This document shows, one piece after another, positions 1 through 10,159 of a DNA stretch of 64,000 nt (positions are counted from its first letter, which is position 1; every line of letters begins with the position of its first letter). Below the pieces are notes generated by a model, which did not search any database, was not told the DNA's origin, and saw only the letters and a list, made by a program, of their open reading frames with translations. The stretch spans positions 3,943,094 to 4,007,093 of the forward strand of contig SMSO01000025.1 in the NCBI GenBank assembly GCA_004764695.1, in the 5' to 3' direction. Source of the stretch: Schizochytrium sp. TIO01 (taxonomy: Eukaryota > Protista > Bigyra: Labyrinthulomycetes). Position numbers and translations under genes: made by a program.

Positions 1-2
1 TC

Positions 3-1655
3 GTCTTGGTCGCTGGTTTCGTTGAGGTCGAAGTCGAGGTCACCGGGAAGGACCAGAGCTGCGGGATGCTGGGCCAGGAAAGCTCGGGCCCGCATGGGTC
101 TAATGTCATGCTCGTGGACGATGCACACGGGATGGGTCTCAATGGTCTAGGCATGGGTAAATCGCATATGGGTCAGGTATCGATGGCAGAATCTGCGACT
201 TCGGCAGCAGCAGCAGCTCCTTTAGGCCTGCCAAGTTTGAAAGCTCCCGAGGGAGAGGACTTGGACCGCGTGGGTCGCGTGAGCATTGCAGGACACTCAC
301 CGAAAACGTGGCTTATGAGCAGCGTGGATACGAATGGAATCACTATTGCGGTACAATGGCACGGGCGTACCAAAACCTTGCAGGACGCCAGCGACCCTTG
401 GGGCCACCATGGCCACGCAAGACATGACACTGTCTCAGAGACAGATGTGGCTGTGACGCTGGAGCGCTTTGAGGTAGAGCAAAATTTTGTGCGAACCCCG
501 AGCCAGAGCTTGACGGACAAGTTCAAGGCAATCCCACTGGTCTCGCTTCAGCCATCGAGGGGCTACTTTTTCGAACTCATCTCTCTCAAACCACGAAACG
601 CATCACGAATTACCTTTAAGAACAACCACAACGGACACCAAAACCGACTTGTGGTCCGCCTTACTTACACGCTAATCCTTCGCGGCCGTGGCATTGGTAT
701 CACACAATCCATTGCTACCAACCTCGTTGAGGTGCACACCAAGAACAGATACATTGGCCAAGATGAGATGTCTCGCTTCCGAACAGATTACATGGCCAAC
801 CTACAAACCATTAAGAAAACCTGTGAGGGGCTCAACCAGAACCTTCCAGTCAAGGTGACATCATACCTAGCTCGTCTCTTCGCTGCAGAAGATGAGCTCT
901 GGCAAGCATATTGCAAGTCTCGCGCAAAACAAAAGCATGTGAAGGCTCGTGAACTTTCCCGCAAGACCCGGAAGCGAGCAATGATTGGATACCTCGGCGA
1001 TGCTGGCATGCCAATGTCACCGAACGTCATGGGTCATCACCAGCACCATCAACCACCACCTCCGCCTCCTCACCAACAGCAGCAACACCAACAACAACAA
1101 CATCATTCCCAGCACCACCAACACCAACAACATCACTCCCAACAACAACAACAACAACACATGCACCACCAGCAACAGCAACAGCAACATATGCACCATC
1201 ATCATCAGCAACAACAGCATATGCAGCACCACCAACACCATCATCATCATCAACAACAACAACAGCCCCATCACAGCATGATGGACATGCACGGCTCTAC
1301 CCCGCCTGGGTCCGCCGGCGACATGGATCATGGTCTGAATGATATGGGCTCGCACACGTCCCATCACGACGCGGTCAAGTCCCCCTCATCAGGAATATTA
1401 TCATCGGCGCATGGAGCTGCCCTTAGCTTGCCTGCCCTTACTGATTTTTCAGAAAAGTTTACCAACGCGATAGAAGAAATGTCAACCAAACTGGCTGGCT
1501 TGGATCGAAGAATGCAGCAGGCTCTTGGTAGATTGGAGTACCTTGAACGGAGCATGGGGGGTCCCTCGAATCCCGGCCCAACAATGATGCATCACAGTTA
1601 TGACCACCACCAACAGCAGCAACAGCAGCAAAGGAGTAAGCGGGTACGAACTTGA
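3..1655 (+). CDS. Q/H-rich protein, probably 5'-truncated by the window edge; possible transcription factor
   Basis: 549-aa ORF whose frame is open to the window start (the listed start is TTG). It has a beta-rich central region (..RLVVRLTYTLILRG..NLVEVHTKNR), a basic stretch (RKTRKR), a long poly-Q/H tract, a C-terminal heptad segment (FTNAIEEMSTKLAGLDRRMQQALGRLEYLE) and a terminal basic NLS-like RSKRVRT. Function is inference. Confidence 0.7.
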   Translation, partial: VLVAGFVEVEVEVTGKDQSCGMLGQESSGPHGSNVMLVDDAHGMGLNGLGMGKSHMGQVSMAESATSAAAAAPLGLPSLKAPEGEDLDRVGRVSIAGHSPKTWLMSSVDTNGITIAVQWHGRTKTLQDASDPWGHHGHARHDTVSETDVAVTLERFEVEQNFVRTPSQSLTDKFKAIPLVSLQPSRGYFFELISLKPRNASRITFKNNHNGHQNRLVVRLTYTLILRGRGIGITQSIATNLVEVHTKNRYIGQDEMSRFRTDYMANLQTIKKTCEGLNQNLPVKVTSYLARLFAAEDELWQAYCKSRAKQKHVKARELSRKTRKRAMIGYLGDAGMPMSPNVMGHHQHHQPPPPPPHQQQQHQQQQHHSQHHQHQQHHSQQQQQQHMHHQQQQQQHMHHHHQQQQHMQHHQHHHHHQQQQQPHHSMMDMHGSTPPGSAGDMDHGLNDMGSHTSHHDAVKSPSSGILSSAHGAALSLPALTDFSEKFTNAIEEMSTKLAGLDRRMQQALGRLEYLERSMGGPSNPGPTMMHHSYDHHQQQQQQQRSKRVRT

Positions 1656-2479
1656 GTTGAGTTGACTAGGCACTCTCTTTTGTTTTCTTTCTCTTTTGAC
1701 CTGAACACCATATCAAAAGCGACTACGACTACTACATTGCGCACCTCGCACTACCTTTATTTAGTGTGCCAACTTGGTGTTTCTGTAGTAGCGCTAGTAG
1801 TAGTTGTTGTTGCTGCTGCTGCTGCCCTTGGCTTTTTCTTGCAAGCAACCTCAAAGATGTTAGAAATGATGTCCGCGATGATATTGGTACACATTTGTGG
1901 CGTTCATCCATTCAAACACATCGATAGACAGAATCAATCCTTTTTTTTCACGCACTATAGACACACACAGTACCTTGAGGACACCCTCCCCCTTTTTCCT
2001 GAGTTTAGGTTTTATCACATAAACATGAAAAGTCATTAAAATAATATGCAATGATCTCCCATTACGATTGAAATTGAAAGGAGGCATACATGAACATAAA
2101 CGTCAAACAGCTGACTATTTAATGCTTTCCTCATCTCTTCTTGTTAGTTTTATCCAGATTCTTTCCTTTCATTTCCTGCGCAAGTCCCAAAGGTAGGGTT
2201 GGGTTCTATTTTGTTTGACTGACACTGGAAATCAACGAACATTGATTAAGTCTCAAAAAGGGAAGACTATAAGTCTACTGAGCTCGATTTCCTTCATTCA
2301 GTCCACAAGAAAGATTTTCAAACTCTGATGATTCTTTAAAATTATACACATTTATTTTATTCTTATGTTCCTAGTAAAATAACAACTGTACAGGAAAGGC
2401 TCCGTTGGCAGAGGGGAGTATATCGTACCATCTTTCTAGAGCTTTATTCACAATATTAATATGATATTAGTCTGCTCCT

Positions 2480-3106
2480 TTAGCGAACCTCAAGTAGGTT
2501 CAGGTGACGGTTATTGATCGCAAAGTTAATCGTCTGAAGGGCATTCGGGGAGGATGGCGGTCCGGACAAGCGAATGAGGCAAAGCTCATTGCCATCATCC
2601 TGTTCGCTCTGGTCAGCAGAATAGGTGTTGCCGATCAAGAAGGTTGACACAAAGCCCGCCAGGGTGTCGAGTTTGTGCAAGGTTTCATCGAGGTTACCAC
2701 CGCAGTGGATGATAAAGCGCCCACGAGGGTGGCGTTGCATAGTTTCTACCATTGCCTCAATGGCTTCATCATGGAGACGGTGGAAGTTGTGCTGCTTTCT
2801 AATATGTGTAAATGTTGCATGGTCTAAGTACCCAGCCAGCACTACAACTTCGGCATCAGGAAAGAGGACCTCCCGAACCTCCTCGTCTTCCTCCATCTCA
2901 GAAGACTCTGCAGCACTATCCATGCAGATGTCGCCGTCATTGTTTTCCTCGTCCATCGTCAGATCGACAAAGTCTTCCTTTGTCTCCTCGCTGTTGCGCA
3001 TCTCCTGCTCCTCCTTCACTCTTGAAGTAGTCTCTTGGAACTCTGGCGCGTGCACAGCATCCATCTTGGACGGACCAGTTCCAAAGTTCTCAAACTGGAC
3101 AGCCAT
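2480..3106 (-). CDS. Hypothetical protein, paralogue A of a tandem pair (acidic N-terminus plus ~120-aa alpha/beta domain)
   Basis: ATG at 3106 (MAVQF) matches the start of paralogue B. Shared blocks are LFP-AEVVVLAG and C-terminal NRHLNLLEVR*. Confidence 0.8.
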   Translation of the reverse strand: MAVQFENFGTGPSKMDAVHAPEFQETTSRVKEEQEMRNSEETKEDFVDLTMDEENNDGDICMDSAAESSEMEEDEEVREVLFPDAEVVVLAGYLDHATFTHIRKQHNFHRLHDEAIEAMVETMQRHPRGRFIIHCGGNLDETLHKLDTLAGFVSTFLIGNTYSADQSEQDDGNELCLIRLSGPPSSPNALQTINFAINNRHLNLLEVR

Positions 3107-3310
3107 TTTTGTTTTGTTTCTTTCCTCTCTAGAGCTCGTAGACCTTGGTTCGGCTGAAGACACCTTTCGGTTTTACTTTGCCCTCCGCTTTGATTGTGCT
3201 CGCTCGCTTAGTTTTTAATCTTGGAACTGTGCTTGGAGTTTTGGGTTTGCTGTTGCCCTGGTCATCCCATCCCTTCGTGACAGCACACACTCTTCTTTCC
3301 AGACTGCTCT

Positions 3311-3353
3311 AGAAGCTTCCAGAAAGCAACATCTAACCAATCTCGAAATTTCC
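3311..3353. promoter_or_regulatory. Heat-shock element(s) upstream of paralogue A
   Basis: AGAAG-CTTCC-AGAAA (3311-3325) is three perfect alternating nGAAn units; a second pair CGAAA-TTTCC lies at 3344-3353. About 200 bp upstream of the ATG. Confidence 0.65.
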
Positions 3354-3918
3354 TAATATTATGGATAATGAAGGATATCCTAGGATCCTACAATGACTGC
3401 TTCTTGCTAACAATATGAACGAGAACACCCAAGCGATTCCAAGCTAATCACTGAGCTTGACAGACTTCTACAAATGTCTTGGCTACAGGAACCACTACCC
3501 ACGGACCAAACTTACAATGAGTATCGTTTGCTTTCCAGAAATATCAGATTAAAAGGTTCGTCAAAGGGGAGGTATGGCATCAGAAGAGAAATCAAGAGAG
3601 GTAGATGAAGAAAACATGTTAAGCAAAAAATCTAAGACATTTATATTAAGTCTGCACATTTTTGATTGTGAAAACTGAACGGCATTATACGTATTTTCGG
3701 TCCATTTACTGACTCGGAATAGTTCTATTTTTGTGAAATCAGTAGGCAGATATGAGGTAAGCGAGATCCAACATTCATGGACAAGAGGGAATCTCGACAT
3801 GAGTAAACATTATAATTCATGAACATAATATAATTTGATTGTTTGTTTTTAAAAGTTTATTTATTAGACAGGGAACAGGATGATACTACAACAGATGTGG
3901 GTGATTTTTTTTTATTGA

Positions 3919-4632
3919 TCAGCGCACCTCCAAAAGGTTGAGGTGACGGTTGTCAAGTGCAAAATCAATGGACTGGACTGCCTCTTTCGATGAAACATCG
4001 GTCTCAAGGTGAATCAGGCAAATGTTAATATCGTCGTCCTCGTCAGGTGTTGGTGTATCCTTGTCACCAAGAAGAAATGCGGAGACCTTGCCCACTACGC
4101 CACTAAGCTCGTGAACAGTGTCAGATAGGTTGCTACTATGTACGAGAAAGCTACCACGACTACGGCGACGAATAGCCTCAATCATTGCTTCTCTGGAGTT
4201 GTCCTCAAGCGAGAAGAGACGGTGCTTGAGTTGAATTTTAATGAGAGTGTCGCGATCCATAGCACCAGCGAGGACAACCACCTCAGCACCAGGAAAGAGC
4301 GCCTCTGGTATAGTCTCCTGGCGATCCTCTTCCAATTCTACACTAGCTGAAGATGTATCACTGTGCTCAGCTGGGCTATGCTGATCTTCGGATGCGGAAG
4401 GAGACTCAGGAATATCCATTTCAATATCCTCATCGTCCTGCATCGCTGTTGTGACGTTATGCAAAGCCTCGTTAATCTCAGTATCCATGGTAGGCTCCTC
4501 TTTCATCTCAACATCGTACTGCGGCCAGTCAGGCTGATGTTCCTTCTGTCTAGCCTGTTCGTCCATGCGCTGCTTCTCAGCACGGAGAGAGGCCATCTTG
4601 GGTGGAAGCTCCGGACCAAACTGAACGGCCAT
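3919..4632 (-). CDS. Hypothetical protein, paralogue B of the tandem pair
   Basis: 237-aa ORF from MAVQF to NRHLNLLEVR, aligning with 2480..3106. Confidence 0.8.
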   Translation of the reverse strand: MAVQFGPELPPKMASLRAEKQRMDEQARQKEHQPDWPQYDVEMKEEPTMDTEINEALHNVTTAMQDDEDIEMDIPESPSASEDQHSPAEHSDTSSASVELEEDRQETIPEALFPGAEVVVLAGAMDRDTLIKIQLKHRLFSLEDNSREAMIEAIRRRSRGSFLVHSSNLSDTVHELSGVVGKVSAFLLGDKDTPTPDEDDDINICLIHLETDVSSKEAVQSIDFALDNRHLNLLEVR

Positions 4633-4834
4633 GTTGAGGTTGTTGTTGTTCTTACTTGTCTCTTGCGCGAAGCTTGTGTTAATCGTTTTTGCTTGCTTGC
4701 TTGCTCGGCTCGCTAGCTCGCTCGATTTGTTTGGGATTTACTTTAGGTTTGGTTTCCAAGTTTTGGGTTTGGTTTCCAAGTTTTGGGTTTGCTGAAGTTT
4801 AAGAGGACTATCTCGGTACACACTCTTCTCGATG

Positions 4835-4897
4835 ATTCGAGAAACTTCCAGAAACTATAGGGCCTCTTATCTCGAAGCTTCCGGAAAGCTCGAGAAA
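4835..4897. promoter_or_regulatory. Heat-shock elements upstream of paralogue B
   Basis: ATTCG-AGAAA-CTTCC-AGAAA (4835-4854, four perfect units) and CGAAG-CTTCC-GGAAA-gctcg-AGAAA (4873-4897). Same distance from the ATG as in paralogue A. Confidence 0.7.
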
Positions 4898-5070
4898 AAG
4901 TAGTCCCCGTGGTCAAGTTTGACCTAATACCGGCTTTTCTATCCTATCGTGCTCTTAGTAACTATATGAGTCAGAGAAGAACTATAAAAGGAAAGCAAGT
5001 AAGGCGGTTAGCTGATACAGTCGGAACTTCATAGGTGTCTATTCCTTTTCAAAGATACCCTGAGAGGGAA

Positions 5071-7050
5071 TTACTTGTTACTCGTCCTCACCTTCTTAGT
5101 TTTGGGCGATTTAGCCTTCTCTGAGCTGGATGATTTTTTTGATTTCTTCGCAGAAGCGCTGGCAGCCTTAGGTACAGCCTTTTCGATAGAGGATTGGTCG
5201 TCCTTACCCTGCAGATCAGATGTATCAGACGCCTTGCGCTTAGTTCCTTTGCTATCTTTGCCCTTTGTTACCCGAAGTTGGCCCTGCTTGCGACGTCCAA
5301 AAGCAGAAATGGCCTTGCGCTCGACAGGACGCCGCTGCAATGTCTTGCGCTCTTTCGTAGATGGCTTGCGCAGCTTGAGCATCCAGTCAGGAACTTCACA
5401 GCCGGATAAGCGCATCACGTTTGCGATAGGTCGCAGATATTCGATATCGTCGTGTGTGAAAAATGTGTAGGCCTTACCGGTCTGATTTGCACGACCGGTA
5501 CGACCGATGCGGTGCACGTAACTAATGGCCGATGTGGGAAAGTCATAATTGACAACGCACCGTACGCCCTTGAAATCAATACCACGGCCCATGAGTTCAG
5601 TACAAATCAGAATCCAAACTTGGCCCGCACGGAACCGACGTACAACTTCGTCACGCTGTTGCTGAGTACGGTCTGAGTGCATGACATCAATTTTGTAGCC
5701 ATCATAGACAAGCTCCTCATAGAGTTGCTGCGCACGGTCCTTACTCTGAACAAAGACGAGGGTTGGCGGGGTAAGCTCTCCGTCCTGGATGAGCTGCTGC
5801 AGGCCGATCATCTTACCGTTCTCTTGACCAGCAAAGATAAGTTTCTGGTCAATCGTTGTGGCACCGGCGTTTTTGGTACCGATGACAATTTGAACAGGGT
5901 CACGCAAGACAGTCTGTGCAAGTTGCTCGATTTGGGGCGGCATGGTGGCACTCACCATAACGCGTTGCGTATTAGCACCACACGCGCTAATGATCTCATC
6001 AACATGTTCCAAGAAGCCCATCTCAAAGAGTTTATCAGCCTCATCAAGAACAAGGTAGTGCACAGTAGAGAGATCCACCTCCTTCTCTGCCACCATAGAT
6101 GCAAGACGCTCGGGAGTGGTCACAACCATATCAAACTTTTCAGGTGTCTTTGTACCCTTGCGGAGAAGGGCGCCTCGCACACCCTTCACGTTTTGAGCAA
6201 GTTTTTCGAATTCACGAAGAATTTGTGCTGCCAGCTCGCGTGTCGGAGCGATAACTAGAGCCTGAGGACCACGCGAGTGTCCATGCCGGTTCTGGAAGCG
6301 CATAATCATGGGCAGTAGGAATGAGGCAGTTTTACCTGAACCTGTCGGAGCGCAGCCCAAGATGTCGCGACCAGCTAGCAATGCGGGCAAGGTCTCCATT
6401 TGGATAGGTGTGGGCTCCGCGTACTTGCTACGTTCAATGTTCTCACAAATCACGCGAGCGCGCTCACGAAGTGCGTGTTCGGAGACCGCTTTCTCACCCT
6501 CCTGGTGCTTGAGGCGAGTCAGCTCCGCAACAGAGAAGCTGAGTACCGGGTTGCGGAGATCATTTCCACGAACCTTGATCTGCAGACGCTTGCGAAGCGC
6601 CTTGATATCCTCATCATCGAGTGCATGCATGGCTGCCTCAGCTTCCGCATCTCCTGTCAAAGCTGCCTCGTCCATCTCTGCATCATTCACCTCTTGAGCT
6701 TCTTGATCGTCACCCAGGGACTCTTTTGCAGATTTTGAAGCCTTCGTTGGTTTCGAAGCCTTCACAGCCTCGCGAGGTTTGGCATTCTCGGTTCCTGATT
6801 TTTTCGCAGTAGCAGAGGAAGGTCCTGAGTTGAAGAAGTCGAGCGCAGAGGTGCGGGGGCGCTTGCGGCCACCTGCGACGTCCGTATCACCATGCTGCTG
6901 CGGCTGCGGTTGTTTGTTGGGCCTGCGTCTCAGCACATCAAGTGCCATAGCATTTGCTCCTTTGTCAAACTTGAGGCCTCCAACAAGACTCGCGAAGACA
7001 TCATCTGTGAGCGACCGCTTTCCTGACGGTGCCATGTTCTCCTCCTCCAC
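5071..7050 (-). CDS. ROK1: DEAD-box RNA helicase, ROK1/DDX52 family (rRNA processing)
   Basis: Q motif PTPIQ, APTGSGKT, PTRELA, DEAD (VLDEADKLFE), SAT and HRIGRTGRA. Family-type segments PPTLVFVQSKDRA, WILICTELMGRGIDFKGV and IANVMRLSGCEVPDWM. Confidence 0.92.
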   Translation of the reverse strand: MEEENMAPSGKRSLTDDVFASLVGGLKFDKGANAMALDVLRRRPNKQPQPQQHGDTDVAGGRKRPRTSALDFFNSGPSSATAKKSGTENAKPREAVKASKPTKASKSAKESLGDDQEAQEVNDAEMDEAALTGDAEAEAAMHALDDEDIKALRKRLQIKVRGNDLRNPVLSFSVAELTRLKHQEGEKAVSEHALRERARVICENIERSKYAEPTPIQMETLPALLAGRDILGCAPTGSGKTASFLLPMIMRFQNRHGHSRGPQALVIAPTRELAAQILREFEKLAQNVKGVRGALLRKGTKTPEKFDMVVTTPERLASMVAEKEVDLSTVHYLVLDEADKLFEMGFLEHVDEIISACGANTQRVMVSATMPPQIEQLAQTVLRDPVQIVIGTKNAGATTIDQKLIFAGQENGKMIGLQQLIQDGELTPPTLVFVQSKDRAQQLYEELVYDGYKIDVMHSDRTQQQRDEVVRRFRAGQVWILICTELMGRGIDFKGVRCVVNYDFPTSAISYVHRIGRTGRANQTGKAYTFFTHDDIEYLRPIANVMRLSGCEVPDWMLKLRKPSTKERKTLQRRPVERKAISAFGRRKQGQLRVTKGKDSKGTKRKASDTSDLQGKDDQSSIEKAVPKAASASAKKSKKSSSSEKAKSPKTKKVRTSNK

Positions 7051-8014
7051 TCAGCTCTACTCCACCCAATCTCCTCTCAGCAGCGCACCCAGTTCGTGTT
7101 CCACGATCGAACGAGCCTTGCAGAAGTAAGAACTTAGAAGCTGGCTGAAGCTGTCTTTGAATCAATTCACTATTCAAGTCTGCGCGGTCAGCACGCTCGA
7201 AATCTAAGTTCAAATTCAAAAATGTCCACGGTTTCCGATTGATGCATCGATTGATTGATCAGTCATTTCCTTTGATTCACTCTATCAATACTCTTTACTA
7301 TATGATTGCTATACTTCACTTTCCCCATCTATACTTCACTACAAACTCGTATTCTCTACTTGTGGGATTCCACGTAATATAAATCTGTAACAATGTCATT
7401 ACTACCTAAACTAAGCGCTCAGAACCAGCCAGTCATCCATGGGGACAGCCTCATAACTTCCCTTCTCATCTTAGTTCCCTATACGTACATTGTAGGCACC
7501 TACCTACCTATATACAAACAGGTAGGAAGTCCTATCTCATAATAACTTAAGGAGAATAGGTAGATACCTATGTTTTTTGTCCCTATGACCAAATGTTAGT
7601 ATGTCCCATCCATAAGTGAAGGTAAAGAGGGTTAAATGAGGTGTAGCGATGCGACCGGGATAAATAAGGGTAATTACGAGGAACGTTCCACACTCTTTGC
7701 TTGGGAGAGAACATGCATAGACCGCGGCGAGGAGTAGTGGTGGAATACTAATAATGATGGTAGAAAAGCCTATGGCAGTGCTTGAAGATTTTACAAAAGG
7801 GGCTGTTTCTTGCTTCCTTTAAGATAAAGTTGATGACTTGGAAGGCAAAACTCCGACAGCTTGAGTTCTGAGAAGATCTTCTTGAGGGGGTGGCAGAATC
7901 AACTTAAACTCAGATCAGCAGAACCGGAACTGCTACTTGGGTGGCAATCTTTGTCGGTGTGACAAGAGGCTGACTGTTTGCTGCACTGTGTAGCTTTGAC
8001 GATTCTTTGATACG

Positions 8015-9379
8015 ATGCTCGTGGCGTCTCGCGGTGAGCTCAAGCAGGGCTGGAAATACAGCAGCAGGTGGCTCGCGACGGCAGCAAACGATGGCACGAA
8101 GCTGAGCAGTAAAAATAAGAACAACAAGAGTGATACATATGATTGGAATGGGCGTGTTGATCGCACATTCACAAAGAGCATCAAGTATGATCGCTATGCA
8201 GAGGACCGCGACTCGACAAGCATGAAATACAAGGACGTTTTGCCAATGTGGGTAGCAGATATGGACTTTCGCTGCCCAGCACCGATTTTAGAAGCCTTCC
8301 ATGCTCGCATTGACCATGGAATCTTTGGATACACTGGGCCTGATTTCCACGTTAAGAATGCGATTCGTGACTACCATGCACGCGTGCATGGACAAGATTG
8401 GGTTACCGCCGAGGACATGGTATTTCTTCCTGGCCTTGTTGTAGGCCTCAATCTGCTTGCTCGCATGGCGGCGCGTAATAATGAGGCTGTAATGGCTGCA
8501 ACGCCAGTCTACCCACCATTTCTCACATGCGCCCGTAATGCAGAGACCACTAGCGTGCCAGTGCCGCTAAAGTGGAGCGATAGTATCGGTCATTATTCTT
8601 TTGATTTTGATGCGATGGAGCAGGCTGTAGAAAATAGCAATCAACGCGTTGGAGTCTTCATTCTGTGTAATCCGCACAACCCTGTGGGTCGAGTATACAC
8701 CCCTGGTGAGCTTGAAGAACTTTCTCGATTTGCGGAGAGACATAACATCGTGGTGTGTTCTGATGAGATTCATTGCGACCTTCTGCTCGGGGAGCAACAT
8801 CATACCCCATTTTCAAAGGCCTTCAGCTCGCGTGAAAAGATGGAGCAACACCTCATCGCTTTCCACTCCCCTAGCAAGACTTACAATCTTGCAGGCTTCT
8901 CTACCTCATATGCCCTTATCCCTGGCAAGCAGCTGCGTAATTCTTTCAAGCGCGAAATGGCAGGAATTTCCGCAGATATCACAACCCTGGGTTACACTGT
9001 TCTGGAGGAGGCATGCGGAGATAAGGACGGCCGTTTTGAAACTTATCGAAAGGAGCTTGTGGCGCAGCTTGGTGCGAATGTCCAGCACCTTCATAAATTT
9101 ACAGCGGAGCACCTCTCTCCGCTGATCAAGTTTGAGCACCCACAGCAGGCAACCTATCTTGCTTGGCTTGATGCACGGCAGCTAGCCACCGCTGCTGGTA
9201 CATCTAATGTTGCTAAATGGCTTGAGGACGAAGCCGGAGTCGGTCTCAATGATGGTGTTCTATTTGGCCCTGACCAAGAATTTCAGGGATACGTTCGCAT
9301 GAATTTGGCTTGCCCACGCTCAACACTTGATGAGGCGCTTGGCCGCATCCAGCGTGCTGTGAAGGATTTGCCCAGGTGA
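8015..9379 (+). CDS. MalY/PatB-family PLP-dependent C-S lyase (cystathionine beta-lyase-like) with N-terminal extension
   Basis: Motifs SIKYD, LPMWVADMDF, HGIFGY, LCNPHNPVGRV, SDEIHCDL, SPSKTYNLAG (PLP lysine), ATYLAWLD and RMNLACPRSTL. Confidence 0.9.
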   Translation: MLVASRGELKQGWKYSSRWLATAANDGTKLSSKNKNNKSDTYDWNGRVDRTFTKSIKYDRYAEDRDSTSMKYKDVLPMWVADMDFRCPAPILEAFHARIDHGIFGYTGPDFHVKNAIRDYHARVHGQDWVTAEDMVFLPGLVVGLNLLARMAARNNEAVMAATPVYPPFLTCARNAETTSVPVPLKWSDSIGHYSFDFDAMEQAVENSNQRVGVFILCNPHNPVGRVYTPGELEELSRFAERHNIVVCSDEIHCDLLLGEQHHTPFSKAFSSREKMEQHLIAFHSPSKTYNLAGFSTSYALIPGKQLRNSFKREMAGISADITTLGYTVLEEACGDKDGRFETYRKELVAQLGANVQHLHKFTAEHLSPLIKFEHPQQATYLAWLDARQLATAAGTSNVAKWLEDEAGVGLNDGVLFGPDQEFQGYVRMNLACPRSTLDEALGRIQRAVKDLPR

Positions 9380-10159
9380 GGTACCTGGACATGAAGTCAG
9401 CTTTCAAGTATACAACCCGTGCTAGAACTAAATTGTGGGTATTGACCAATCTATTTGACGGTTATTATCGCACATTCCACACACAAAAAATTACAAGGTC
9501 ATTTGGATAGCAAAATATTTTGATAGAATACTGATAGATATTACAAAACGGCTTTAATTGATACTCTTGGCTTATCACATAAAAGTGTTAAAATAATCTC
9601 TAAATCTTCAAATGGCTAGTTCTGTTAGCTTGAACACTACTTCGCATTTGCAATTATCTTTGCAGCAATTATTATGGTAGGTATTTAGAAGCCTCTTCTT
9701 TGTTGTTTCAAAAGTTAGTTTAAATAATTTTAGTAATTGGGGATAGATTGAAATATTCAGACCGCTAGAATTGTATCTTGTAAAATTCCGTTTAGTGTAC
9801 ACTTTGAGTCTTGGCAGCCCTAGATGCAAATTTTTGGTACGACAGACCATGTGTTTTGCACACACGAAAATAAATCAAACTGACGTATTCAATGAAAGGC
9901 TGCTCTTATTACCAACGCTAATTGCAGGCATATTCGCTACAATAACACAAAGTTATTAAACAATCGCAACAATAACAAAATAATCGAATGAGAATTGCAT
10001 ATTTAGGGATTCTGTATATCATTTTCTTTGAACAATACAAACATTATCAGCAAGCATGCTATGAAGTGGACCGATGGGACGTCCAAAGAAATGAAAATAT
10101 CAAATATAACGGTACAGGAATTGTGGGTGACAGGACATGTGTTTCCGTGCTCACTTTCA

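Noticed and set aside
3107-3163. N-terminal extension of the 2480..3163 ORF
   Set aside because: It starts at GTG. The paralogue shows that the true start is the ATG at 3106 (MAVQF).
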